From contig JAFXEX010000014.1 in NCBI GenBank assembly GCA_017520825.1, positions 69,118 through 133,117 on the forward strand: a stretch of 64,000 bases of DNA, read 5' to 3'. A program made the position numbers and the translations under genes. Below, piece by piece: positions 27,911 to 37,119 of this stretch (position 1 is the first letter of the stretch; each line of letters begins with the position of its first letter). Below the pieces are notes generated by a model. The model was not told the DNA's origin. It searched no databases and was given only the letters and a program-made list of their open reading frames with translations. Origin of the DNA: Clostridia bacterium (GTDB taxonomy: Bacteria > Bacillota > Clostridia > Oscillospirales > SIG627).

Positions 27911-29389
27911 TTATCCCAGCTTGTCGAATGCGCGAAGTACCTTCTTGAGCTGAACTCTCGCATTTGGGTATTTCTTTGCGTAGAAAGATTCAAAGTTTTC
28001 AATCTTCTGGTCAATCATATTATTAACGGTGTAGCCGTAGCCGTGGAATCCGTCGTATATGAAGCCGAAGTCGAAGTAACGGTAGTCAAGAATTATATCC
28101 AGAACAACCTTTGATTCGGAGTCACGGAGATATCTTGTTTTAAGAGCCGTTTCATAAATGGTGGGAGTGATGGTCTTCCACGATTCATAAGCCAGCGCCT
28201 CGGTGCAGACACCGATAAATTCAAGGTCCTTAGCCGTCTTGGGCACGCAGGAAACTGTGTGCTCACCGTAAACGTGTGAGTAGTAATTTTTCTGATGCTC
28301 GTCCCACTTGGGATAGGGGAGAATTCCGTAATCGTCCTCAAAGTTACGAAGTCCGTTTGCCATAACGCTTCCAAGGAAAATAGGAGTTATAATGGACTGC
28401 TTGTTAAGGAACAGATAAATCTCCTCGGTGTCATCCTCACTTGCACCGATACCCGTGGTATTGTAGTAGAAGTCAAAGAGGGTCTGCATAATGTTATTGA
28501 TTTTATCGGTTTTGATTGAAAACTGAGGTACACCCTCCTCATCCTTTTGAATGATGGGGTTGTCGAATGCCCACAGCCATGCGTTTGCCTTACTGTTGGC
28601 TCCAAACAGACCACCGTAGAAGTCACCGTTTGAGCGTGTGCCCGAGCCGTCGGAATCGACGTAGATATCCTTGAGCATATCGTACATAGCGTCATAGGTC
28701 CACTTGCCGTCAAGAACCAGCTCGTAGAGGTTGCCAAGGTCGTATGCTGCTGCAAGATTCTTGTTGAATACCAGAGCGCAGGTAGAGGTGATAGAGTTTA
28801 CGTTGATATCTGAAATGGCAAGAATACATTTGCCGTCGTATGTAAGCTCGGTTGAGGTGGAAGCTGCCCACCAAGGCTTTGAAAAGTCAACGTGGGGGAT
28901 ATCGTACCAGTTAAGGAAAAGGTTTTTGGTCGTCAGGTTGGCGCAGGTCATAACGTGAGCGACGATAAGGTCGAATTCATCGGTACCCGAAAGAATAGAC
29001 TTTGACACGTATTCGCTCATGGTGTTGATGTCGGCAGCGTATGCAAGCTCAAGATTACAGTTGAGCTTTGCTTCAACGGCTTCGTTTCTCGTTGCCTTTG
29101 CGTCCTTAACAAGGTCACCCTTGTTTATATCTGCTTCTGCAGGGAACATTTCATATCCGTCGTTGTGGCATACAACTCGGAGTGTCTTGCCCTCAAAATC
29201 ATATTCGTCAAGTCCGTCGTCGGTAGCGGCACGCTCTGCAAAAATGTCGCCCTCCTGAAATACGGCTTCATTGTTATTGTTTGTAGGTTTTTTCGTGGTT
29301 GTTTCCTCTTCACCACACGAGGTGAGTGTCAGCATTATGCAGGAAAGCAACATAACGCACGCTAAAATCAGCGCAGTTAATCTCTTCAT
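27911..29389 (-). CDS. Extracellular solute-binding lipoprotein (large family-1-like), paralog 1, orphan
   Basis: It has a lipobox LTLTSCG and is 492 aa long. By eye, roughly nine in ten residues are identical to the 30028 gene. No transporter genes are adjacent. Confidence 0.8.
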   Translation of the reverse strand: MKRLTALILACVMLLSCIMLTLTSCGEEETTTKKPTNNNNEAVFQEGDIFAERAATDDGLDEYDFEGKTLRVVCHNDGYEMFPAEADINKGDLVKDAKATRNEAVEAKLNCNLELAYAADINTMSEYVSKSILSGTDEFDLIVAHVMTCANLTTKNLFLNWYDIPHVDFSKPWWAASTSTELTYDGKCILAISDINVNSITSTCALVFNKNLAAAYDLGNLYELVLDGKWTYDAMYDMLKDIYVDSDGSGTRSNGDFYGGLFGANSKANAWLWAFDNPIIQKDEEGVPQFSIKTDKINNIMQTLFDFYYNTTGIGASEDDTEEIYLFLNKQSIITPIFLGSVMANGLRNFEDDYGILPYPKWDEHQKNYYSHVYGEHTVSCVPKTAKDLEFIGVCTEALAYESWKTITPTIYETALKTRYLRDSESKVVLDIILDYRYFDFGFIYDGFHGYGYTVNNMIDQKIENFESFYAKKYPNARVQLKKVLRAFDKLG

Positions 29390-29426
29390 TTTTTTCTCCT
29401 TTTCTCATTACAATATTTATAAGAGT

Positions 29427-29455
29427 ATTGTAACACAAGCCCGTTTCTTTTTCAA
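29427..29455 (-). promoter_or_regulatory. Promoter of SBP paralog 1 (TTGAAA-17-TGtTACAAT)
   Basis: On the minus strand the sequence reads TTGAAA, then a 17-nt spacer, then an extended -10 TGTTACAAT. Confidence 0.65.
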
Positions 29456-29546
29456 CCGATTTTTATATTTTAAGCAAAAAAAGAACGGGCTTTATACTAA
29501 AAATGCACAATTAAAAGCCTTTTACTGATGCAAAATGCACAATGCA

Positions 29547-29651
29547 TGTGCGGGGGATTTTTGCCGAGTAGCGAATTAGCGAATCGAGCAAAAATTCAAG
29601 CCATACAGGGAACGAAACCCGAACAGTGTGTGAGGGTGTAGTGAGTCGGAG
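29547..29651 (-). repeat. N element copy 2
   Basis: It is the reverse complement of 9850-9954, with only one or two differences seen by eye. Confidence 0.8.
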
Positions 29652-29750
29652 AATTAAGGATAATTTCGTCGTGCGAAATTTACAATTAATGAAGATTTGC
29701 CAAAGGCAAATCAACCTTAATTGTGAATTGTATATTGTGCATTGTGCATT
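29652..29750. repeat. Hairpin/heptad module (H)
   Basis: It contains AATTTCG-TCGTG-CGAAATT (29662-29680) and GATTTGCC-AAA-GGCAAATC (29694-29712), followed by ttaattgtgaattgtatattgtgcattgtgcatt. Confidence 0.75.
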
Positions 29751-29756
29751 AAAAAA

Positions 29757-29780
29757 GCAAGAGGAAGTCCTCTTGCTTTT
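29757..29780. terminator. Bidirectional terminator (paralogous to 27881-27907)
   Basis: AAAAAA-GCAAGAGG-AAGT-CCTCTTGC-TTTT. It lies about 250 nt beyond the stop of SBP paralog 2, and that gap is occupied by L copy 2. Confidence 0.8.
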
Positions 29781-29784
29781 GTTT

Positions 29785-30023
29785 AAACGGCGCACAGATT
29801 TGGAGATAAAATCGTCAATTGCGAAGCCGTAGCCGTACTTACGTACGGCAGTGCAAGCAAGGGACGAAGAAAATGAAATTTTCACAGATGGAATAAAGCG
29901 AAGCTTTCTACCTAAAAAGTCTGTGGCAATGAAGAAGTGTGTTCACGCCTTGTGACAGTCGCGAACACACTATTTTAACTTTATTTATATTTTCATTTTC
30001 GCTTTTAGCCCAAATATGAAGCC
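29785..30023 (+). mobile_element. L element copy 2 (Lb subtype, GGCTTCATATTTGGGCT terminus)
   Basis: It has a full core, (G)AAGAAAATGAAATTTTCACAGATGGAATAAAGCGAAGCTTTCTAC, with termini AACGGCGCACAGATTTGG... and ...CCAAATATGAAGCCGTT. The equivalent site is absent downstream of paralog 1. Confidence 0.85.
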
Positions 30024-30027
30024 GTTA

Positions 30028-31518
30028 TTATCCCAGCTTGTCGAATGCGCGTATTACCTTCTTGAGCTGAACCCTTGCATCGGGGTATTGCTTTGCGTAG
30101 TATGACTCAAAGTTTTCAATTTTCTGCTCAAGCATATTCTTAACGGTGTAGCCGTAGCCGTGGAAGCCGTCGAATACAAAGCCGAAATCGAAGTAACGGT
30201 AGTCAAGAATTATATCGAGAACAACCTTTGATTCAGAGTCACGGAGATATCTCGTTTTAAGAGCCGTTTCGTAAATGGTGGGAGTGATAGTCTTCCACGA
30301 TTCGTAAGCCAACGCCTCGGCGCAGACACCGATAAATTCAAGGTCCTTGGCAGTCTTGGGTACGCAGGAAACTGTGTGCTCACCGTAAACGTGTGAGTAG
30401 TAATTTTTCTGATACTCGTCCCACTTGGGATAGGGGAGAATTCCGTACTCGTCCTCGAAGTTACGAAGTCCGTTGCCCATAACGCTTCCCAAAGTGATGG
30501 TGGTCATAATGGACTGCTTGTTAAGGAACATAGCAAATTCTTCGAAATCGTCATCGTCGGGGCTTGAGCCGATACCCGTGGTGTTGTAATAGAAGTCGAA
30601 GAGAGTCTGCATAATGTTGTTGATTTTGTCGGTCTTGATTGCAAATTGAGGGATACCCTCCTCGTCCTTCTGAACGATGGGGTTGTCGAACGCCCAGAGG
30701 AATGCATTTGCTCTGTTGTTGATTTCAAACGTACCACCGTAGAAGTCGCCGTTTGAGCGTGTACCCGAGCCGTCGGAGTCAATGTAAACGTCCTTGAGCA
30801 TATTGTACATAGTATCATAGGTCCACTTGCCGTCAAGAACCAGCTCGTAGAGGTTGCCAAGGTCGTACGCTGCCGCAAGATTCTTGTTGAAGGCAAGGGC
30901 GCAGGTAGAGGTAATAGCGTTTACGTTGATATCGGAGATGGCAAGAATACATTTGCCGTCGTAGGTAAGCTCAGTTGAGGTTGAAGCTGCCCACCAAGGC
31001 TTTGAAAAGTCTACGTGGGGGATTTCGTACCAGTTAAGGAAAAGGTTTTTGGTTGTAAGGTTTGCACAGGTCATAACGTGGGCTACCACAAGGTCGAACT
31101 CATCAGTACCCGAAAGAATAGATTTTGAAATGTATTCGCCCATTGTAGTAATGTCGGCAGCGTAAGCAAGCTCAAGATTACAGTTAAGCTTTTCTTCAAC
31201 TGCTTCGTTTCTCTTTGCCTTTGCATCTTTTACAAGGTCGCCCTTGTTTATATCAGCTTCTGCAGGGAACACCTCGTATCCGTCGTTGTGACAAACTACT
31301 CGGAGTGTTTTTCCCTCGAAGTCCCATTCGTCAAGTCCGTCGTCGGTAGCGGCACGCTCTGCAAAAATGTCGCCCTCCTGGAATACGGAGTCGTTGTTGT
31401 TATTATTGTTTGTAGGATTTTTCGTAGTTGTTTCCTCTTCACCGCATGAGGTGAGTGTCAGCATCATGCAGGAAAGCAACATAACGCACGCTAAAATCAG
31501 CGCAGTTAATCTCTTCAT
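30028..31518 (-). CDS. Extracellular solute-binding lipoprotein, paralog 2, orphan
   Basis: It has the same lipobox and architecture as 27911-29389, and is 496 aa long. Confidence 0.8.
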   Translation of the reverse strand: MKRLTALILACVMLLSCMMLTLTSCGEEETTTKNPTNNNNNNDSVFQEGDIFAERAATDDGLDEWDFEGKTLRVVCHNDGYEVFPAEADINKGDLVKDAKAKRNEAVEEKLNCNLELAYAADITTMGEYISKSILSGTDEFDLVVAHVMTCANLTTKNLFLNWYEIPHVDFSKPWWAASTSTELTYDGKCILAISDINVNAITSTCALAFNKNLAAAYDLGNLYELVLDGKWTYDTMYNMLKDVYIDSDGSGTRSNGDFYGGTFEINNRANAFLWAFDNPIVQKDEEGIPQFAIKTDKINNIMQTLFDFYYNTTGIGSSPDDDDFEEFAMFLNKQSIMTTITLGSVMGNGLRNFEDEYGILPYPKWDEYQKNYYSHVYGEHTVSCVPKTAKDLEFIGVCAEALAYESWKTITPTIYETALKTRYLRDSESKVVLDIILDYRYFDFGFVFDGFHGYGYTVKNMLEQKIENFESYYAKQYPDARVQLKKVIRAFDKLG

Positions 31519-31593
31519 TTTTTTCTCCTTTTCTCTTTATAAAGATTTATAAAAATATTGTAACACAAGCCTATTTTTTTTGCAACTGCCTTT

Positions 31594-31680
31594 TTGCAAA
31601 ATAACCATATTTTTGCCATTGCTTTGTTGCAATTTTACCATATTTCATTAATGGTTTTATTGCAATTTTCCCATATATTT
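31594..31680. promoter_or_regulatory. Three direct repeats TTGCAAnnTnnCCATATnT spaced 33 bp apart
   Basis: Copies start at 31594, 31627 and 31660. They lie upstream of a putative TTGCAA(31580-31585)-18-AACAAT promoter for SBP paralog 2. Confidence 0.5.
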
Positions 31681-31681
31681 T

Positions 31682-34600
31682 TTAAAACATGGTAATTTGG
31701 TTAGTTTCGGGCAGATTGTCCAGCACTCCGAACTCCTTCAAGGTGTCGATTACAGCCTTTGAAATGCCCGACCTTGTGCGAAGGTCCTCAACCGAGAGAA
31801 TGGGCTCTCCCGTGTGCATAGCCTCGTAAATGCTGTCTGCAGCTGAGTCTCCCACACCTGCAAGGGTTGAGAAGGGAAGGCGTATTCCGTTGCCCTCGGG
31901 AAGAAAGTCGTGTGAATGGGATTTTTCCAGATCAATGGGCAGGAAGGGGATACCTCTGCACATACATTCGTTTGCAAGCTGAAGGGTGGGAATGAGTGAA
32001 AGGTCCTTCTGGCTTGCCTCGTGTCCCTTTGCCTTTACGTCGGCAATGTATCTTACCACGCCCGAGCGACCACCTGCAACTATTCCCGCATCAAAGCCAC
32101 CCGGCGCTGCCGTGAAGAAGCCTGCGTAAAAGGCAGTGGGCATATAGATTTTATACCAGCCTATACGGATAGCAGACATTACGTATGCTGCTGCGTGAGC
32201 CTTGGGGAACATATACTTTATCTTTTTGCAGGAAGCTATGTACCAATCGGGTACGTTTTTCTCCCTCATTGCCGCTTCGTGCTCGGGGGAGAGCCCCTTT
32301 CCTTTTCTTACCTTTTCCATTATGTCGAAGGAAAGCTTGTTTTCAAGTCCGTAGTTGATAAGGTCAAGCATAATACCGTCACGGGTTCCTATAACCTTGG
32401 AAATGTCGCATACGCCTTCGTTGATAAGGTCCTGCGCGTTTCCAAGCCATACGTCCGTGCCGTGGGTAAGTCCCGAAACCTGCAACAAATCGGCGAAGTT
32501 CTTGGGCTTTGCTTCAACGAGAACCTGCTGAACGAAGCTTGTGGAAAGCTCGGGAAGTCCCAGAGTACCAAGAGGACAGCCGATGTCGTCGGGGGTGACG
32601 CCAAGAGGCTCTGTGGAACGGAAAAGCTCGTACACCTTGGGGTCGTTCATGGGAACGTCAAGTATGTTGGTGTTTGAATACTTTTCTATCATTTTATACT
32701 TGGTGGGAATATCGTGTCCCAGCTCGTCAAGCTTTAGAATGGTATCGTGAAGGTATGAGAAAGCAAAGTGGGTAGTAATTATATCAGAATTGGGGTCGTC
32801 GGCAGGGTGCTGAACGGGAGTGAATTCGTAAACGCTGTTCTCCTTGGGAACAACGATAATTCCACCCGGGTGCTGACCGGTTGTACGCTTCACGCCTACG
32901 CAACCGTTTGCAAGTCTGTTCATCTCTGCCTTGGGCATAGTCAGATTTCTGCCCTCAAGATATTTCAGAACGAAGCCGTAAGCCGTCTTTTCGGCAAGGG
33001 TACCAAGAGTTCCTGCACGGAATACGTTCTCGCTTCCGAAAAGCTCTTCGGTGTACTTATGTACTCTGCCCTGCACCATACCCGAGAAGTTAAGGTCGAT
33101 ATCGGGGGACTTGTCTCCGTAGAAGCCGAGGAAGGTTTCAAAGGGGATATCGTGTCCGTCACCCTTCATATCTGCCTGACACTTGGGGCACTTTTTGTCG
33201 GGAAGGTCAAAGCCCGAGCCAACCGAGCCATCGGTGATAAATTCACTGTGCTTACAGTTTGGGCAATAGTAGTGAGGTGGCAGGGGATTTACCTCCGAAA
33301 TACTTGCCATAGAGGCTACGAAGGAGGAGCCAACCGAGCCTCGTGAGCCTACCAGATAGCCCTGACTCTCGCTGTAATGCACAAGCTTCTGGGCAATGAT
33401 ATACAGTACGGCGTAGCCGTTGTTGATGATTGAGGTAAGCTCCTTGTCAAGACGCTTATACACTATTTCGGGCAGGGGGTCACCGTAGATGCTCTTTGCC
33501 TTTTCCCAGCACATTCTCTGCAGGTCCTCCTCTGCGCCCTCAAGATTGGGGGTGAAGGTGCCCTTGGGAATGGGACGGATGCCCTCCTCTACCATATCTG
33601 CAATGAGATTGGTGTTGGTTACGACTATTTCTTTCGCCGTTTCGGGTGAAAGGTAGGTAAACTCATTGAGCATTTCCTCGGTAGTTCTGAAATAAAGGGG
33701 ATTGGGACGGTCTGCGTCGCTGAACTTTGCCGAAACCAGAATACGTCGGTAAATTTCGTCCTGCTTGTTGAGGAAATGGGCGTCGCAGGTGGCAACTACG
33801 GGCTTATTTGCCTTTTTGCCAAGTCTTATGATTTCCTTGTTTATTTCAATGAGCTTGTCCATATCGGGAACGGTGCCGTTTTCTATCATAAAGGCGTTGT
33901 TGGACAAAGGCTGAATTTCAAGATAGTCGTAGAAGGAGGCGATTTTCAGCAGGTCGCCCATATTCTTGCCCGACAGAACTGCCTGATAAAGCTCACCTGC
34001 CTCGCAGGCAGAGCCTATAATAAGTCCGTCACGGTAGCGTTCAAGGAGCGTTTTGGGAATTCTGGGCTGACGGTTGAAGTAGGTCAGATAGGATTCCGAA
34101 ACTATTCTGTAAAGATTCATCATACCAGTCTGATTTTTCACCAGAATTATCATATGGTAGGGACGAAGCTTTTTGGGGTCGGTCTTTTCAGACATGGAAA
34201 GCACCATATCCGAAATATTTGCAACGCCCTCCTTTTTCAGCTTGTGACACATACACTCGAATATCTTGGAAAGCATTTCTGCATCGTCGCAGGCACGGTG
34301 ATGATTGAAGGCTTCAAGACCGAAATACTCTTGAAGAGTGTCAAGCTTGTGCTTCTTCAAATCGGTGTTGAGATGCCTTGAGAGCGCAAGGGTGTCAAGG
34401 TAGGGGTTGTTGAATTTTATGGAATGGTCCTCGCACGCCTTCTTGATAAAGCCCATATCGAAGTTGGCGTTATGGGCTACCAGCACAAAGTCCTCGCAGA
34501 AGTCCACGAAGGACTGTACTGCCGTTTTGGCGTCGGGCGCATCCTTAACCATATCGTCGGTAATGCCCGTCAGCTGAACGATGTTTTCTGGAATGGGCAT

Positions 34601-36037
34601 CTGTGGGTTTACAAAGGTGGAGAACCGATCAATCACCCTTCCACCACAGTATTTTACTGCACCTATTTCGGTTATTCCACAGGTGAGGGGAGAAAGTCCC
34701 GTTGTTTCTATATCGAAAATTATAAAGGTGTCCCTTTCAAAGCTTGCGTTGGAGTCTCCGTATATAGCTCTCGCCGTATCGTCAACGAAGTACGCCTCCA
34801 AGCCGTATATCACCTTCATACCAAGCTTTTCTGCCGTCAGCATTGCATCGGGGAAGCCCTGCACGTTTCCGTGGTCGGTTATGGCAACTGCACGGTGTCC
34901 CCAGGCGTGAGCCTGCTCTACAATCTGAGAGGGGGGGATAACTGCATCCATCTGGGAAAGTGTGGAGTGAATGTGAAGCTCCACTCTTTTTTCCTCGGCG
35001 TCGTCACGGCGCTTTTTACAGGATATTTTATATACCGTGGTGGGCTTTATTACAAAATCGTTTTCGTATTTGTCAAAGTCAGCTTGACCTATTACCTGCA
35101 CTACAGTGCCCGGCTTAAGATTGCCCTTCGATTCCTTCCATACTTCTGTTGAGCAGAAGAACTTCACCGACACCGACGAGCTTTCGTCGGTTATCTGTAC
35201 TGTGGCAATGGTCTTGTCTCCCGAGCGTGTCTCGTGCTCGTCAACGAAGAAGATTTTTCCACAGACTGCAAATATTTTTTTAGGCTCAATGCCGAAAACT
35301 CTCTTTATGGGTATGAGGGGAGTGTCCTTCTTTCTGTCCTTGCCGTAGACTACGGCCTTTTCACTCAGGTCGAAGTCCATATAGCCTGCGTGGTAGCTTT
35401 CCTCCTCTGCCGTCTCACCGTCGTCGGCTTCTCCGTCGTCCATAAGAGAATACACCTGATTTACAGGGGCCTCCTCAACCACGGGGGGCAGGGTAACCGT
35501 CATAGTGCGCTCTGCTTGAGCAATGTATGACGACATATCAAAGGGGGGGGAGTCGTCTATGACTACCCGAAGACTTAAATCAAATTCACTTTTTATAATG
35601 TCTGCAAGTATTCTTGCACACTCGGCGTCATGGGGAAGCTTGCCAAGACCACCGTCAAGCTTAAAGGTAAGCGCATCGCCCTCAAGCTCCATTTTACCAC
35701 CGTCAAAAAAGCCGTTGGCAAGCGAGGTGTTACGCTTAAGCTCGGCAATAAGCTCCGAGTAGTAGCCCTCATTGAACAGCTCACCGGGGTAGTGGGGGAA
35801 GAGGAAGCAGGCAGTAAGCTGGTAGGCTTCCTTTATTTCTCTTTCTATTTCGTAAAGCAGGGACTTCTGAATAAGCTTTTCAAGTCCCATATGTATGGCT
35901 ATTGAGCGTTTTTCCTTATTAACTCCACACTTGTAGGTAAAAATACCTTCAAGCAAGGACCTTTTTATGCCCTCGGGCTTATACTTTGACAGCTTTTCGG
36001 CAAGGGATATTCCGTTCTTTTCTATTTCCAATTTCAA
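31682..36037 (-). CDS. polC: DNA polymerase III alpha subunit, PolC type
   Basis: It is 1451 aa, with an internal DEDD exonuclease (FDIETTGL), a PHP domain and a zinc motif (CPNCKHSE...CPKC). Confidence 0.97.
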   Translation of the reverse strand: MKLEIEKNGISLAEKLSKYKPEGIKRSLLEGIFTYKCGVNKEKRSIAIHMGLEKLIQKSLLYEIEREIKEAYQLTACFLFPHYPGELFNEGYYSELIAELKRNTSLANGFFDGGKMELEGDALTFKLDGGLGKLPHDAECARILADIIKSEFDLSLRVVIDDSPPFDMSSYIAQAERTMTVTLPPVVEEAPVNQVYSLMDDGEADDGETAEEESYHAGYMDFDLSEKAVVYGKDRKKDTPLIPIKRVFGIEPKKIFAVCGKIFFVDEHETRSGDKTIATVQITDESSSVSVKFFCSTEVWKESKGNLKPGTVVQVIGQADFDKYENDFVIKPTTVYKISCKKRRDDAEEKRVELHIHSTLSQMDAVIPPSQIVEQAHAWGHRAVAITDHGNVQGFPDAMLTAEKLGMKVIYGLEAYFVDDTARAIYGDSNASFERDTFIIFDIETTGLSPLTCGITEIGAVKYCGGRVIDRFSTFVNPQMPIPENIVQLTGITDDMVKDAPDAKTAVQSFVDFCEDFVLVAHNANFDMGFIKKACEDHSIKFNNPYLDTLALSRHLNTDLKKHKLDTLQEYFGLEAFNHHRACDDAEMLSKIFECMCHKLKKEGVANISDMVLSMSEKTDPKKLRPYHMIILVKNQTGMMNLYRIVSESYLTYFNRQPRIPKTLLERYRDGLIIGSACEAGELYQAVLSGKNMGDLLKIASFYDYLEIQPLSNNAFMIENGTVPDMDKLIEINKEIIRLGKKANKPVVATCDAHFLNKQDEIYRRILVSAKFSDADRPNPLYFRTTEEMLNEFTYLSPETAKEIVVTNTNLIADMVEEGIRPIPKGTFTPNLEGAEEDLQRMCWEKAKSIYGDPLPEIVYKRLDKELTSIINNGYAVLYIIAQKLVHYSESQGYLVGSRGSVGSSFVASMASISEVNPLPPHYYCPNCKHSEFITDGSVGSGFDLPDKKCPKCQADMKGDGHDIPFETFLGFYGDKSPDIDLNFSGMVQGRVHKYTEELFGSENVFRAGTLGTLAEKTAYGFVLKYLEGRNLTMPKAEMNRLANGCVGVKRTTGQHPGGIIVVPKENSVYEFTPVQHPADDPNSDIITTHFAFSYLHDTILKLDELGHDIPTKYKMIEKYSNTNILDVPMNDPKVYELFRSTEPLGVTPDDIGCPLGTLGLPELSTSFVQQVLVEAKPKNFADLLQVSGLTHGTDVWLGNAQDLINEGVCDISKVIGTRDGIMLDLINYGLENKLSFDIMEKVRKGKGLSPEHEAAMREKNVPDWYIASCKKIKYMFPKAHAAAYVMSAIRIGWYKIYMPTAFYAGFFTAAPGGFDAGIVAGGRSGVVRYIADVKAKGHEASQKDLSLIPTLQLANECMCRGIPFLPIDLEKSHSHDFLPEGNGIRLPFSTLAGVGDSAADSIYEAMHTGEPILSVEDLRTRSGISKAVIDTLKEFGVLDNLPETNQITMF

Positions 36038-37119
36038 GTCCTCATTTTTTCTATTTCTTCAAGTAAAACTTCAACTATTTTTTCCTCGGGCACCTTGGCA
36101 ACGGGGACGCCCTTTTTAAAGAGCAACGCTTCCCCAACGCCACCTGCTATACCAACGTCGGCTTCTCTTGCCTCCCCCGGTCCGTTTACAACGCATCCCA
36201 TAACTGCAACTCTTATCTTTCGGTTTTCAATGGGTGGGATTGCTTCAAGGGCAGATTCTACCTTTTTGGCTATATCCACAAGATTTATTTTCGTTCTTCC
36301 ACAGGTGGGACAGGAGGTGAGGTCAAAGGAGCCCCTTTTATAAAGTCCCAGCGAGGAGAGGATTTCTCTGCCTGCAATTACCTCCTCAATTACGTCGTCG
36401 GTAATGGATACGCGAATAGTATCTCCAATGCCCTCGGACAAAAGAGTACCGATACCGATTGAGGATTTTATAAGGCTCTTTTTCAGCGTTCCCGCCTCGG
36501 TAACGCCCAGATGTAAGGGACAGTCGGTGAGGGAGGACAGCTTTCTGTAGGCTTCAATCATAGTGACAACGTCGGAGGATTTAACCGACACGGCAATGTC
36601 GTTGAAATCAAAGCGCTGAAGCGCCTCAATTTCCTTCAGAGCCGATTCGGTCAGCGCATCGGCAGTGGGGGCGCCGTATTTTTCAAGAAGCCCCTTTTCA
36701 AGAGAGCCACTGTTTACGCCTATTCTTATGGGTATATGCCTTTCACGGCAGGCGTCGGCAACTGCCTTTACTCTTGATTCGTCGCCGATGTTACCGGGAT
36801 TTATTCTTATTTTATCAATGCCAAGCTGTGAGGCACGGAGAGCCACACGGTAGTCGAAATGCACGTCTGCCACCAGGGCAGTGCTTTTGCCCTTGATAGC
36901 CTCTTTGTAGTAGGGGATATTTTCAGCCGATTCACAGTCGGGAAGCGTAAAGCGCACAAGGTCACAGCCTGCCTCGGCAAGCCTTACAATATCACGGGCG
37001 CACGCCTCTCTGTCGTGAGGGTCTGCCGTTATCATGGACTGTACGGAAATTGGCGCGTCACCACCTATTTCAACAGGTCCCACCGTTATTTTACGGGTAA
37101 ATTTTCTCATTTTTATCAC
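36034..37119 (-). CDS. ispG: 4-hydroxy-3-methylbut-2-enyl diphosphate synthase
   Basis: It is a GcpE family member (SCPTCGRT...GCVVNGPGE), and its stop overlaps the polC start. Confidence 0.92.
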   Translation of the reverse strand: MIKMRKFTRKITVGPVEIGGDAPISVQSMITADPHDREACARDIVRLAEAGCDLVRFTLPDCESAENIPYYKEAIKGKSTALVADVHFDYRVALRASQLGIDKIRINPGNIGDESRVKAVADACRERHIPIRIGVNSGSLEKGLLEKYGAPTADALTESALKEIEALQRFDFNDIAVSVKSSDVVTMIEAYRKLSSLTDCPLHLGVTEAGTLKKSLIKSSIGIGTLLSEGIGDTIRVSITDDVIEEVIAGREILSSLGLYKRGSFDLTSCPTCGRTKINLVDIAKKVESALEAIPPIENRKIRVAVMGCVVNGPGEAREADVGIAGGVGEALLFKKGVPVAKVPEEKIVEVLLEEIEKMRT

